Positions 43,901-51,862 of a stretch of 64,000 nt of DNA are shown here, one piece after another. The position numbers and the translations under genes are program-made. The notes beneath the pieces were generated by a model that had not been told where the DNA came from, ran no database searches, and saw nothing but the letters and a program-made list of their open reading frames with translations. Source of the stretch: Eubacteriales bacterium (GTDB lineage: Bacteria > Bacillota > Clostridia > Oscillospirales > CAG-272); contig JAZNAM010000087.1 in the NCBI GenBank assembly GCA_045586515.1, positions 11,501 through 75,500 on the forward strand, written 5' to 3'. Position 1 is the first letter of the stretch; each line of letters opens with the position of its first letter.

Positions 43901-44136
43901 GTATCCCAATCGGCATCGCGGTACTCCTTGGTGGAGCGTCCGTTGATGACGAGGTCGCCGCTGTCGTAGCGGTCAAGACCGCCGATCACGTTGAGTAGGG
44001 TCGTTTTGCCGCAGCCAGAAGGGCCGAGGATCGATACGAACTCGCTCTCGCGGAAGTCGACGGAGACGCCGCGCAATGCCGTGACTGAGGTGTCTCCCGT
44101 AGTATAGGTTTTTACGATTTCACGAAGTGAAAGCAT
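40921..44136 (-). CDS. Fused ABC transporter: MacB/LolD-type ATPase + FtsX-type permease with a very large extracytoplasmic domain
   Basis: N-terminal Walker A GPSGCGKTT, signature MSGGQMQRV, Walker B ILLADEPT. A Lys-rich linker, TM1 (~aa 285-305), ~650 aa of soluble sequence, then three C-terminal TM segments with the FtsX motif (ERTKEIGVLRAIGASKRDI). RBS GAAGGAGA. Confidence 0.85.
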   Translation of the reverse strand: MLSLREIVKTYTTGDTSVTALRGVSVDFRESEFVSILGPSGCGKTTLLNVIGGLDRYDSGDLVINGRSTKEYRDADWDTYRNHSVGFVFQSYNLIMHQTVLSNVELALTLSGVSREERRLRAINALEQVGLGDQIHKKPNQMSGGQMQRVAIARALVNDPDILLADEPTGALDTGTSVQIMEILKKVSERKLVVMVTHNPDLAEEYSTRIIRLLDGEVQSDSNPFDATAEVASVPEVAPVVAEETPNIEMVSSKKKKKAKSGKGKRSMSFFTALSLSFNNLLTKKARTLLVSVAGSIGIIGIALILALSNGVNLFIASVQENTLSSYPLTIQRETQDTSALLSAMTSVNTTEDYSDSGKIYVDDSLGTMMAAMSSTVQNDLVAFKKYIEEHEDELAPYVNDIRYSYDFDLQIFTADGKTQVNPTTIFQSMGSDFASLGSLMESSGMGSMSIMSEMIDNQELLDQQYELVGEGSHWPTQANEVVLVISSNNQISKMTLYMLGLLPQEEIEGILTALMTDGTYDTTPMEPYEFSDFIGMTFKLLNTSDFYEKTGTFYTVDGVEYPKWYDVREAGFDQEGFVTENGTDLVISGIVRPKKGSTATSISGALGYTKELTNYILQKNTESEIIAQQKATPEHNVLTGASFERIPYTRDNVMDLIDRVGSTSMERFYTIVTTMLRNDPQFQGIWNEKKLAITMYVNTLSDKEMTACIADLLANAVANNYVVQPAMPPYVPTDITALDMLFSAIKSVPGGLNSVDFTKDNLIDLLPSMSDTQIMLLVNGIPATPATDTTPAIPEIKGLQDICSAEKTDALFSDIQAKLANGEWQVNEKFISLMLNSTTEDGKPLLDDEMFATFEKTLYDLVPDKDATYDSMLRKLGDAEKADPSAINFYAVDFDSKEKIEAFIADYNDTLPEEKQLKYTDIVGDLMSSVTIIVDAISYVLIAFVSISLIVSSIMIGIITYISVLERTKEIGVLRAIGASKRDISRVFNAETLIIGLSAGVIGILFTVLACIPITLILRAVTGISIITAVLPFGGAVLLILISMALTLIAGIIPSRIASKKDPVEALRSE

Positions 44137-44221
44137 ACTGCGATTTCTCCTTCAAAATAATTGTTCAACACTTATTGTAGCAACAATTTGTGATAAGACG
44201 GTGAACGGTGGGCACAAAAGT

Positions 44222-45562
44222 TTATTTTTTTGCGGCTTGCTCGGCAAGGAATTTGTCGCGGTTGAAGCCCTCTGTGGTCTTTTCGCGGATATCGCCCGAA
44301 CGAGTGAGCGCCCATTTGGTCAGCATCGGGCCGACGAGTTCCAGTACCAGCACGGAGAACAGCACAATGTTGCGCACGAGATTGCCGTTTGCTACGGAAA
44401 GTGCACCGGAGCGCTGGACGATGGTGGACATGCCAAGTGCCACGCCGGCTTGGGGAAGAAGGGTGATGCCCAGGTAGTTGCAGATGTTTTTGTCGCAGCC
44501 TACGAGCTTTGCGGAGCCCATTGAGCCGAAATATTTACCCAAGGCACGGGTGAGGATGTAAACTGCACCGATGAGAAGAACCAACGGATCCTTCAGAATA
44601 TCGAGGTTCAGCTCTGCGCCGCTGAGAACGAAAAACAGCACGAAAAGAGGTGCCGTCCACTTATCGGCGCGATCCATAATATCTGCCGAGAAATCGCACA
44701 TGTTGCAAAATACCGTGCCCAGCATCATGCAAACGAGCAGAGAGGAGAAACCGATCTGCACTTCGCCCACCTCAAAGTGGAGCATAGAGAGTGCAACAGT
44801 GAGCAGTACGAAGGTGATGGAGATGGACATGCGTTTTGAGCCCGAATGGAAGAAGCGCTCGCAAAGGGTGAACAGCAGACCCATGATAAAGCCGAGACCG
44901 AGCGATAGCACGACCTCAAGCAAGGGATTGACCACCATAGAGATGATGCTGACCTCGCCGATCTCAATCGCCTTGGCAATGCCGAAAGATACCGAGAACA
45001 CGACAAGACCTACCGCGTCGTCAAGTGCCACGATGGGGAGCAGGAGAGAGGTGAGCTTGCCCTTGGCCTTGTACTGGCGCACGACCATCAGCGTGGCGGC
45101 GGGAGCTGTTGCGGTGGCGATCGCACCGAGAATGAGTGCCACGGGAATGGAGATGATGCCCGTGAAGGAGAGCGCGACGAGTGCTGCGTCAACGAGCACG
45201 GCGGCAGCGAGCGCCTGCACAATGCCAATGACGGTTGCCTGCTTGCCGATGTGCTTTAACTCCGAGAGACGGAATTCGTTGCCGATTGCAAAGGCAATGA
45301 AGCCAAGCGCGACCTTGGAGATCATTTCAAAGGCGGGGTTGATCTCACCACCGTCAAGCGCAAAATCAAGACGGCTAAAGCCAAGCGTGCTCACGCCCGG
45401 GAGTCCGAGGGCGGAGATGTCAATCGCGCCCAGTAGGAAAGGGCCGACCACAAGACCTGCCACGAGATAGGCGGTGACGGCCGGGAGTTTTAATAGCTTG
45501 GCGAGGCGCGACATAAGAAGTCCTGCTAACATGGCGACGGAAACGGTGATTAAAAATTGCAT
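44222..45562 (-). CDS. Cation:proton antiporter (CPA1/CPA2, Na+/H+ exchanger family)
   Basis: 446-aa polytopic protein. N-terminal LKLPAVTAYLVAGLVVGP and internal motifs typical of the Na_H_Exchanger family. RBS GAGGAA. Confidence 0.8.
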   Translation of the reverse strand: MQFLITVSVAMLAGLLMSRLAKLLKLPAVTAYLVAGLVVGPFLLGAIDISALGLPGVSTLGFSRLDFALDGGEINPAFEMISKVALGFIAFAIGNEFRLSELKHIGKQATVIGIVQALAAAVLVDAALVALSFTGIISIPVALILGAIATATAPAATLMVVRQYKAKGKLTSLLLPIVALDDAVGLVVFSVSFGIAKAIEIGEVSIISMVVNPLLEVVLSLGLGFIMGLLFTLCERFFHSGSKRMSISITFVLLTVALSMLHFEVGEVQIGFSSLLVCMMLGTVFCNMCDFSADIMDRADKWTAPLFVLFFVLSGAELNLDILKDPLVLLIGAVYILTRALGKYFGSMGSAKLVGCDKNICNYLGITLLPQAGVALGMSTIVQRSGALSVANGNLVRNIVLFSVLVLELVGPMLTKWALTRSGDIREKTTEGFNRDKFLAEQAAKK

Positions 45563-45654
45563 GATGATTCCTCAACTTGTTCATATTATTATATGCGCGT
45601 TACGGTCATACCGCTCCATTATACCTCTCGCGTGCATGCGTGTCAAGTGCAAAT

Positions 45655-45686
45655 AATAAAAAAAGCCGAGCAAGCTCGGCTTTTTT
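45655..45686 (-). terminator. Intrinsic terminator after the ygjV-like gene
   Basis: GCCGAG-CAAG-CTCGGC flanked by long A and T runs. Confidence 0.8.
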
Positions 45687-45695
45687 GAGGAAAGA

Positions 45696-46220
45696 TTAGG
45701 GTGGGTCTTTTCTTTTTTTGAGGATGTCGTAACGCAAAATGGCGATTCCGATGGAAATGATGGTAAAAACATCACCCGCGGCAGAACCCAACGCCATGGC
45801 GTGTGCGTTATAGGCAAACCAGAAGGGAGAGCCGAGAATGGAGAGCGCGCGGATCTTTTTCTCGTTCGTCAGCCAGAAAGCGGTGGTGTGCAGTAGCACG
45901 CCGATGAAGGGAAGGACGTCCCACGCGCTTTCGTAGAGCAATACGTTGACGGCAAGCATAGCAGCGTTGATAAGAATTAGGACCGGTACGCGCAACTTTC
46001 GTATCAGTGGCGAATCCTTGCGTGTTGCCAATACCGAAGAAATCAGCCCGATCACATCAAGCGCTGCCCCCGAGAAGGCGCCGAGCAGAACGTATTGCAG
46101 AATGTAGAGTGCGCGAGAGATCGCGTTACACACGATGATGCTGCTTCTCCGCTTCATTTGATAACTGGAAACAAAGAGCACCACGGCAACGAGCCCCACG
46201 CCGTTGGCGATGAGCGTCAT
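45696..46220 (-). CDS. YgjV-family inner membrane protein
   Basis: 174 aa, five or six TM segments. N-terminal pattern resembles Imp-YgjV (family assignment from memory). RBS AAGGAAG. Confidence 0.55.
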   Translation of the reverse strand: MTLIANGVGLVAVVLFVSSYQMKRRSSIIVCNAISRALYILQYVLLGAFSGAALDVIGLISSVLATRKDSPLIRKLRVPVLILINAAMLAVNVLLYESAWDVLPFIGVLLHTTAFWLTNEKKIRALSILGSPFWFAYNAHAMALGSAAGDVFTIISIGIAILRYDILKKRKDPP

Positions 46221-46282
46221 AGTATCTTCCTTTTGCTTGTGATATCAAGAGTGTGTTGCGCCTTGCTCTAAAAATAGGCGCG

Positions 46283-46323
46283 CACAAAAATTCCCGTTTG
46301 CGCGCATTTAGCGCGCAAACGGG
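46283..46323 (-). terminator. Intrinsic terminator after the degV gene
   Basis: 13-bp stem CCCGTTTGCGCGC/GCGCGCAAACGGG followed on the minus strand by AATTTTTG. Confidence 0.85.
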
Positions 46324-46330
46324 TAGAGTT

Positions 46331-47230
46331 TTATTCGAGAGGTTCGTCCTCGCGTCGGATGAAGAGCAGCCCGTAGCCCGCCGTCCAGGGGCCGTTGTGA
46401 GCGCCTGCAACGGGAGAGAAGATCACGGGCTCGTGATTGGTTTGGATATCGAATCTCTTTTCAATTTCCTTGAGCTCCTCAAGAAGCGAGGGGCCCGTAT
46501 ACACGTGGAAAAGAATGTAGTCAGCGGGATCGCGATCACCGATGACCTCCTTGAGGATCTCACAGGTGCGTATTAACGCTTTCTTGGGCGTGCGTACGCT
46601 TTGCAGCGCACACAACTCACCCTCCTTGTTGAAATGTACGATAGGGCAGATGTTGAGCATCTTGCCCATAAGAGCCTTGCCACCCTTGAGGCGGCCATTA
46701 TAGATTAGGTAATCCAGCTTGGCGTCCACACCAAACAGCTCTTGGTGGTTGATGCTCCAGGCAAGTTCCTTTAAAATGCAGTCACTATCTGCGCCTTTGG
46801 CGGCAAGTTCCGCCGCCTGAACGGCGAGCAGACCCTCGCCAAAGCTTGTGATTTTGGCGTCTACCACATGAATCTTGATCTTGTCCTGATAGTCTGCGGC
46901 GACCAGTCGGATAAAGTTATACGTGCCGCCCAGATAAGAGCTGAGCGCGATAACGATCATCTCGTCATAGCCGTTCGCAATAGCGCGCTCAATACAAGCG
47001 ACGACGTCCTCTCGGTAAGGAATCGCAGTGCGCGGCAGGTTGTTCTTAGGGTCCTCTAGTGCTTCAAGCTCCTTGTAGAATTTTACAGGGTCGAGGTCGA
47101 GACCGTCCTTGTACTCCTTCCCCTTAAAATGCACGAGAATGTGAATGAAGTCAATGTCGTATTTTTTGTACCGTTCGGGGGCGTATTCGATACAACCCGT
47201 CGAAGTGCAGACCACCTTGATCTTTGCCAT
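46331..47230 (-). CDS. DegV-family fatty-acid-binding protein (FakB-like)
   Basis: 299-aa DegV-like layout (VVCTSTGCIEY..., LSSYLGGTYN, HVVDAKITSFGEGLL). Immediately downstream of the DAK2 gene. Confidence 0.8.
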   Translation of the reverse strand: MAKIKVVCTSTGCIEYAPERYKKYDIDFIHILVHFKGKEYKDGLDLDPVKFYKELEALEDPKNNLPRTAIPYREDVVACIERAIANGYDEMIVIALSSYLGGTYNFIRLVAADYQDKIKIHVVDAKITSFGEGLLAVQAAELAAKGADSDCILKELAWSINHQELFGVDAKLDYLIYNGRLKGGKALMGKMLNICPIVHFNKEGELCALQSVRTPKKALIRTCEILKEVIGDRDPADYILFHVYTGPSLLEELKEIEKRFDIQTNHEPVIFSPVAGAHNGPWTAGYGLLFIRREDEPLE

Positions 47231-47246
47231 AATATTCTCCTTTTTG

Positions 47247-48905
47247 TTACTCTACTGCAATAAGGTAGCGGTAAACGCGCTGGCCGCCGATTACGGTTTC
47301 CACCGTGAGCCAGTCGAATCGTTCCTCGATCATTTCTGCGATTGTAGCGGATTCTTCCTCGTCGGCATCTTTTCCGACGAACAAGGTTAAGATCTCGCGA
47401 TCCTCTGCGTCTTCAATCTTTTCAATCATTTCGCACAACGCTTCGGGCACCGAGGGGCAAGCGCAGACAAGCGTGCCGTCAAGAATGCCGATGGACTCGC
47501 CTTCTTTGACCTGTACGCCGCCAATGGATGCGTCGCGAATGGCTACGGTAACTTCTCCTGATACCACGGCGCTTTTGGCATCGATCATATCAGAGAGCTG
47601 TTCCTCGGGGTCCGTGACGGAAGCATTAAATACGGAAAGTGCGGCGTATCCCTGAGGTAACGTTTTGGTGGGGACAACGGTGACGTTCTCCTTTTCCCAA
47701 AGTTCTGCCGCTTGACCGGCGGTGAGCAGGATGTTGCCGTTGTTGGGCAGAACGAAGATATGATCCACGTCAAGTGCCGCAAACGCGTTGATGAAATCCT
47801 CGGTAGAGGGATTGTCCGTTTGACCGCCGTCGATCACGACATCGGCACCAAGCCCTGCGAACAGAGCAGACATGCCCTCGCCGTTGGCAACCGCCACCAC
47901 GCCGTAGTGTTTGTGGGGCATTTTTTTCGGTTTTTGCTCTGCCACTGCCTTTTCCGAGTGTTGAAGCGACATGTTTTCGATTTTAATGTTAAGGAACTCG
48001 CCATGTTGTTGGCAAAGCGTAAGGATCACACTGGGAGTAACGGTGTGCGCGTGCACTTTTAACACGTCACCATCCCGCAATGCAACGATGGAGTTGCAAT
48101 CAGCAGTCTCTAGCGCGGCAGTAAAAGCGGCGAGATCGAACGCTTCGGGATCTCCTTTCGCACGCATCAGGCGCACCAGGCACTCTGTACAATAGCCGAA
48201 GTCAAGTGCGCTGTCCGTGGTAAACAAATCATAATTTACCTCGGGGGCGGGCTTTTCATTCGAGGATATCTTCTCGTAAGCACGCGCTTTACCGATCAGC
48301 GCCTCATACATGCCTGTTGCGATGCAAAGGTAGCCTGCGCCGCCGCTATCGACCACATCGGCTTCAGCAAGCACGGGCAGAATTTCCTTGGTGCGCTCCA
48401 GCGAGCGCTTTGCTTCCTTGATGTTGAGGCGAAGCACGTCTTCCACAGTGCTGTTTTCGTCCAGCTTGCGTTTCACGTATTCTGCACTTTCGCGGAACAC
48501 TGTGAGGATCGTCCCTTCTACGGGTTTGGAAACGGCAGCATATGCACGCTTTACACCGTCCAGATAAGCGTCGGCAAACTCTTGCGCAGTGACTGTTTCC
48601 TTATCGGAGAGCGCTTCACCTACGCCTGCGAGAAATTGGGAAAGAATAACGCCCGAGTTGCCGCGAGCGCCGAGCAACGTGCCCTTTGCAAAGGCGGTAG
48701 CAACTTCGCCGACCGATGCGTCGTGTGTGTCGGGGATCTTAGCGATGCCGCTTTCCATCGTTTTCATCATATTGGTGCCGGTATCACCGTCAGGTACAGG
48801 GAAAACGTTGAGTTCGTTGATCTCCTCGACCTGCGCGTGAATTTCCTCGGCGCCGCCTTCAAGCATTCGCTTAAATGTGTCGCCGTCCAGTATTTTTGTT
48901 TCCAT
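47247..48905 (-). CDS. DAK2 domain fusion protein YloV (FakA-like fatty acid kinase subunit)
   Basis: N-terminal DAK2 motif NVFPVPDGDTGTNM with GARGNSGVILSQ. C-terminal DhaL/YloV-type domain. Promoter TTGACA-N17-TATAAT upstream. Confidence 0.85.
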   Translation of the reverse strand: METKILDGDTFKRMLEGGAEEIHAQVEEINELNVFPVPDGDTGTNMMKTMESGIAKIPDTHDASVGEVATAFAKGTLLGARGNSGVILSQFLAGVGEALSDKETVTAQEFADAYLDGVKRAYAAVSKPVEGTILTVFRESAEYVKRKLDENSTVEDVLRLNIKEAKRSLERTKEILPVLAEADVVDSGGAGYLCIATGMYEALIGKARAYEKISSNEKPAPEVNYDLFTTDSALDFGYCTECLVRLMRAKGDPEAFDLAAFTAALETADCNSIVALRDGDVLKVHAHTVTPSVILTLCQQHGEFLNIKIENMSLQHSEKAVAEQKPKKMPHKHYGVVAVANGEGMSALFAGLGADVVIDGGQTDNPSTEDFINAFAALDVDHIFVLPNNGNILLTAGQAAELWEKENVTVVPTKTLPQGYAALSVFNASVTDPEEQLSDMIDAKSAVVSGEVTVAIRDASIGGVQVKEGESIGILDGTLVCACPSVPEALCEMIEKIEDAEDREILTLFVGKDADEEESATIAEMIEERFDWLTVETVIGGQRVYRYLIAVE

Positions 48906-49076
48906 GTATAGTCCGTCCTTTTAGTGTTAGGATGAGTATCGGTTTATAAAGCGAGTCTTTGACCGCGCTTATACAATTCTACATTATAATCGAAAGCGGT
49001 CGATTTGTCAATGCAAGGGAGTGGCGAGTGCGACACTTTGCCTGTTTTGACCAATACGCGCGCACGCGCACGAGGA

Positions 49077-49105
49077 TAAAAAAAGGGGCGCTCAGGCCCC
49101 TTTTT
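49077..49105 (-). terminator. Intrinsic terminator after the GH20 gene
   Basis: GGGGC...GCCCC stem flanked by A8 and T5. The stem is short, so confidence is moderate. Confidence 0.6.
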
Positions 49106-49111
49106 GAGAGA

Positions 49112-51019
49112 TTATATGCCGATTTTGGCAATTGTATGATAGTTCATCCATAGGAAGCGCTGATCAATCTTGGGGGCGTCCTCGGTATCTCCGTCGTAGC
49201 GTAAACGCACCTCTTCCAACTCTTCTATGCGGTCGATCTCTCCGTTGAGGTAGGCATCAAGACGGAGCTTGACGGTGTCAAAACGCGCCGCGAGACCGCC
49301 GTAACGCAAATCATGTGATTCCCAACCGAAGGGGTTGTTGTAGGTAAACCAGGAGTTGCGATGCGCCTCGCGCAGATCAGCAAGACGTGCAAGGATTACA
49401 TCACACTCAGCAAGCATTGCCGCAAGAGTTTCTTTGTCGCCGTTCTTGTACGCGGCGGTAAGACGAACGCCAAAATCTGCCTTGTGATACAGCAGGGCGC
49501 TGATGGCACGTACAATTTCAAAGGCGGGGGCAAACAATCCTTTATCGCTTTTTGCGTGTTCAAGCTCTGCTGTGACTGTTGCGAAATGACGCTGTGTATC
49601 AAGCCCTTCCAAGTGCTTGTCAATAATGCCCACCAGAGGATCATTGTAAAGCATCGCGCGTGTCACACTGACGGGCTTTTCATTGATGACCACCAGGGTT
49701 TCGGGACGCTCGCACAGCTTGATCTCGTCGTAATTGGCACCACAGCCAAACGCGAAACATTCCTTAGCGCTCTCTTCATCGAAGCGCCCCTTGTAGTCGT
49801 AGTCGGCGTACCATGCAAGCCCCAGCATGCCGAGGATCAGCGTACCCTCGGAACCGTTGTTCCACATGGTGGCAAAAATTTCTTGGACGCGTTTTTGGCG
49901 ACAAGCGTCAAGTGCCGGCACGGTATTCTTAATGGAACGGGTGTAAAGGGGGCAATGGCCGCTCCACGTCCATACGCCGCCTGCAAACAGCACGTCGTCG
50001 CCGAACAGCATTTCGTGTTTTTCCAGGTTGACGGCGTAGAATTCCTCGTTGGAGCGATAGTAGTCCCAAAAGACTTGTTGAATGCCCTTGGAACTATTTT
50101 GAATCTTTTCGATCAGCTCATTATCAAATTCAACATCAAGGGAGTAATCGGAGTATTTGGGCAGTTTTCTGCCTGCGAGGCGGAAAAACATGTCGCTCCA
50201 CATCATGGGCTTCAGCCCATGTGCTTCGCACATTTTGATGACTTTTGCGAGATGTTCCAGATAGATGTCCACGCCATCTTTGTAGCCGTATTTTTTTAAA
50301 TAAGCCCCCGTGCCTATGTCGTGCGTTTCATCCATGCCCACATGAATGCGTCGAGTGGTAAAGCACTCACTTACAGTGCTGAGAATATCTTCAATGAGTT
50401 CATAGGTCGCGTCCGCACCCACTAACATAACGCTAGCCGTATCGCGGTAAGAACCCGCTGCCGCCCAGCGTAGATGTGTAGCGAGATGGCCAAGTGTTTG
50501 TACGCAGGGAATGAGCTCGATGCCGAGTTTGATGCCGTATGCGTCCAATTCTTTTAGTTCCGCTTTTGTGTAACGGCCACGCATATAACCAAAATATGGG
50601 TGATTGTTGAGTTCGTAGGTATCTTCGGTATAGAGCATGTAAGTGTTCAAACCCATGAGCGCCATTTTGCGCAGCATGGTTTTGACAGTGGCGACGTTCA
50701 TAACAGGGTTGCGCGACATGTCTGCCATCGTGCCGTTTGTTTTGAAAAGAGGACGCTCTACGATTTTTTTGTTTGTTTCACCGTTTCGCACCGCGTATAC
50801 AAGCATAGCGAGGCCACGGAAAAAGCGAGCTTTGCCGTCACCATAGGTGATGCTTGCGGTTGTGCCGTCGAGCACGACTTCGACAATGCGCTCATGAGAT
50901 TCAATAACAGACACAGTGAGCTCGGCGTATGCCTTGGCACAAAGCGTGAGATTCAAATCCTCAGCAACCAGCGCAATGCCCTCGCGCAGAGCGTCAGCGT
51001 TTTCAAAATAGACTTTCAT
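49112..51019 (-). CDS. Glycoside hydrolase family 20 beta-N-acetylhexosaminidase
   Basis: Start moved to MKVYFENADAL (RBS GGGAGGGA). TIM-barrel motifs LNTYMLYTEDTYE, PCVQTLGHL and the catalytic-region IHVGMDE. Confidence 0.8.
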   Translation of the reverse strand: MKVYFENADALREGIALVAEDLNLTLCAKAYAELTVSVIESHERIVEVVLDGTTASITYGDGKARFFRGLAMLVYAVRNGETNKKIVERPLFKTNGTMADMSRNPVMNVATVKTMLRKMALMGLNTYMLYTEDTYELNNHPYFGYMRGRYTKAELKELDAYGIKLGIELIPCVQTLGHLATHLRWAAAGSYRDTASVMLVGADATYELIEDILSTVSECFTTRRIHVGMDETHDIGTGAYLKKYGYKDGVDIYLEHLAKVIKMCEAHGLKPMMWSDMFFRLAGRKLPKYSDYSLDVEFDNELIEKIQNSSKGIQQVFWDYYRSNEEFYAVNLEKHEMLFGDDVLFAGGVWTWSGHCPLYTRSIKNTVPALDACRQKRVQEIFATMWNNGSEGTLILGMLGLAWYADYDYKGRFDEESAKECFAFGCGANYDEIKLCERPETLVVINEKPVSVTRAMLYNDPLVGIIDKHLEGLDTQRHFATVTAELEHAKSDKGLFAPAFEIVRAISALLYHKADFGVRLTAAYKNGDKETLAAMLAECDVILARLADLREAHRNSWFTYNNPFGWESHDLRYGGLAARFDTVKLRLDAYLNGEIDRIEELEEVRLRYDGDTEDAPKIDQRFLWMNYHTIAKIGI

Positions 51020-51177
51020 GAAAAGTCCCTCCCTTACAGAGCGGCGCGCCATGCACCATTTTTTTCATTGTAACATAAACGGCGTCCTTGTTCAATGTCT
51101 TTTTTGGCAAGTGACAGGCAAAATCAGTCATTTTTGGCAAAGGTGTCGCGACCAAACAAAAAAGCCAACCGGTTGGG

Positions 51178-51270
51178 TGGCGCGGCACTAGGGTATTCAC
51201 ACTTTGTGCGAAGATTTTGGCTCGCGGCTCTTGTGAGCAAGCTCCCATCGCCTTACTTGCAAAATGCGAA
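51178..51270 (-). pseudogene. Decayed tRNA-Gln paralogue with its own terminator copy
   Basis: The minus strand ends ...GTGAATACCCTAGTGCCGCGCCA (functional copy: GTTCGAATCCTAGTGCCGCAGCCA). A D-arm-like GCAAGTAAGGCGATGG is present. The acceptor 5' strand no longer pairs. Followed by a GCCACCC-AACC-GGTTGGC-T6 hairpin (51164-51181). Confidence 0.55.
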
Positions 51271-51330
51271 CCTAGCTCCACAACGCTTTGCGTTGCGTAG
51301 CAACGTTTCAAAGCGTTAGTGCCGCAGCCA

Positions 51331-51362
51331 AAAAGAAAAGCCACCCGGTTGGGTGGCTTTTC
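51331..51362 (-). terminator. Intrinsic terminator after tRNA-Gln
   Basis: 12-bp stem GAAAAGCCACCC/GGGTGGCTTTTC, 4-nt loop, T-run on the minus strand. Confidence 0.88.
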
Positions 51363-51366
51363 TTGT

Positions 51367-51442
51367 TGGCTGCGGCACTAGGATTCGAACCTAGGGAATG
51401 ACGGAGTCAGAGTCCGTTGCCTTACCGCTTGGCGATGCCGCA
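51367..51442 (-). tRNA. tRNA-Gln (anticodon CTG)
   Basis: Hand-folded 76-nt cloverleaf. U1-A72 acceptor TGCGGCA/TGCCGCA (typical of bacterial tRNA-Gln), anticodon loop CTCTGAC, T arm CTAGG-TTCGAAT-CCTAG, encoded CCA. Confidence 0.9.
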
Positions 51443-51459
51443 ATATTAGAACAGATGAT

Positions 51460-51488
51460 ATTATAGCAGAAGGGAAATGCCTTGTCAA
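51460..51488 (-). promoter_or_regulatory. Sigma-A type promoter of tRNA-Gln
   Basis: On the minus strand: TTGACA (51488-83), 17-nt spacer, TATAAT (51465-60). Confidence 0.7.
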
Positions 51489-51604
51489 GGGCTTTTTGGA
51501 AAAAACTTGAATTTAAAAAGCTGTGTTTATTCAGTATGCCGCACAAACGTGTTGCTTATACTGTAAGGCAAACGACGGTGTCGAAATATTTTTGTGCAAA
51601 AAAC

Positions 51605-51633
51605 TTGCAAAGCACACACCGCTATGCTATAAT
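51605..51633 (+). promoter_or_regulatory. Sigma-A type promoter of tRNA-Arg(CCG)
   Basis: TTGCAA 51605-10, 17-nt spacer, TATAAT 51628-33. The tRNA starts 11 nt downstream. Confidence 0.7.
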
Positions 51634-51643
51634 ATGGAAGAAT

Positions 51644-51720
51644 CTACCCGTGGCACAGCTGGATAGCGCGGCAGACTCCGACTCTGCAGGTCGAAGGTTC
51701 GAATCCTTTCGGGTAGGCCA
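51644..51720 (+). tRNA. tRNA-Arg (anticodon CCG)
   Basis: Hand-folded 77-nt cloverleaf. Acceptor CTACCCG/CGGGTAG, anticodon stem GCAGA/TCTGC with loop CTCCGAC, T loop TTCGAAT, encoded CCA. One A-C mismatch in the D stem and a C1-G72 first pair. Confidence 0.8.
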
Positions 51721-51756
51721 AAAAAGAGGGACGCAATTTGCGTCCCTCTTTTTTTG
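51721..51756 (+). terminator. Intrinsic terminator after tRNA-Arg(CCG)
   Basis: 10-bp stem AGAGGGACGC/GCGTCCCTCT followed by T7. Confidence 0.9.
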
Positions 51757-51862
51757 GCCTACCCTTTGTGACGATCCTTGCGTTTTAGGGCGCCTCTATT
51801 GCTTTTTCGTGTGCGGCGTGCTATAATGAAGCAAAGCATCCCGCGCAAAGGAGTGTGTTTGT

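Noticed and set aside
51003-51344. ORFs of 113 aa (minus strand) and 74 aa (51095-51319, plus strand) in the GH20-tRNA-Gln spacer.
   Set aside because: The region is made of tRNA-Gln-derived fragments, hairpins and terminator copies. The ORFs have no RBS, and one overlaps the GH20 start. I treated the region as non-coding RNA-like sequence.
51482-51826. ORFs that overlap tRNA genes: the 114-aa ORF over tRNA-Arg(CCG), 53720-53908 over tRNA-Arg(ACG), and 20813-21022 over tRNA-Thr.
   Set aside because: They read straight through well-folded tRNAs, promoters and terminators, so they are spurious.
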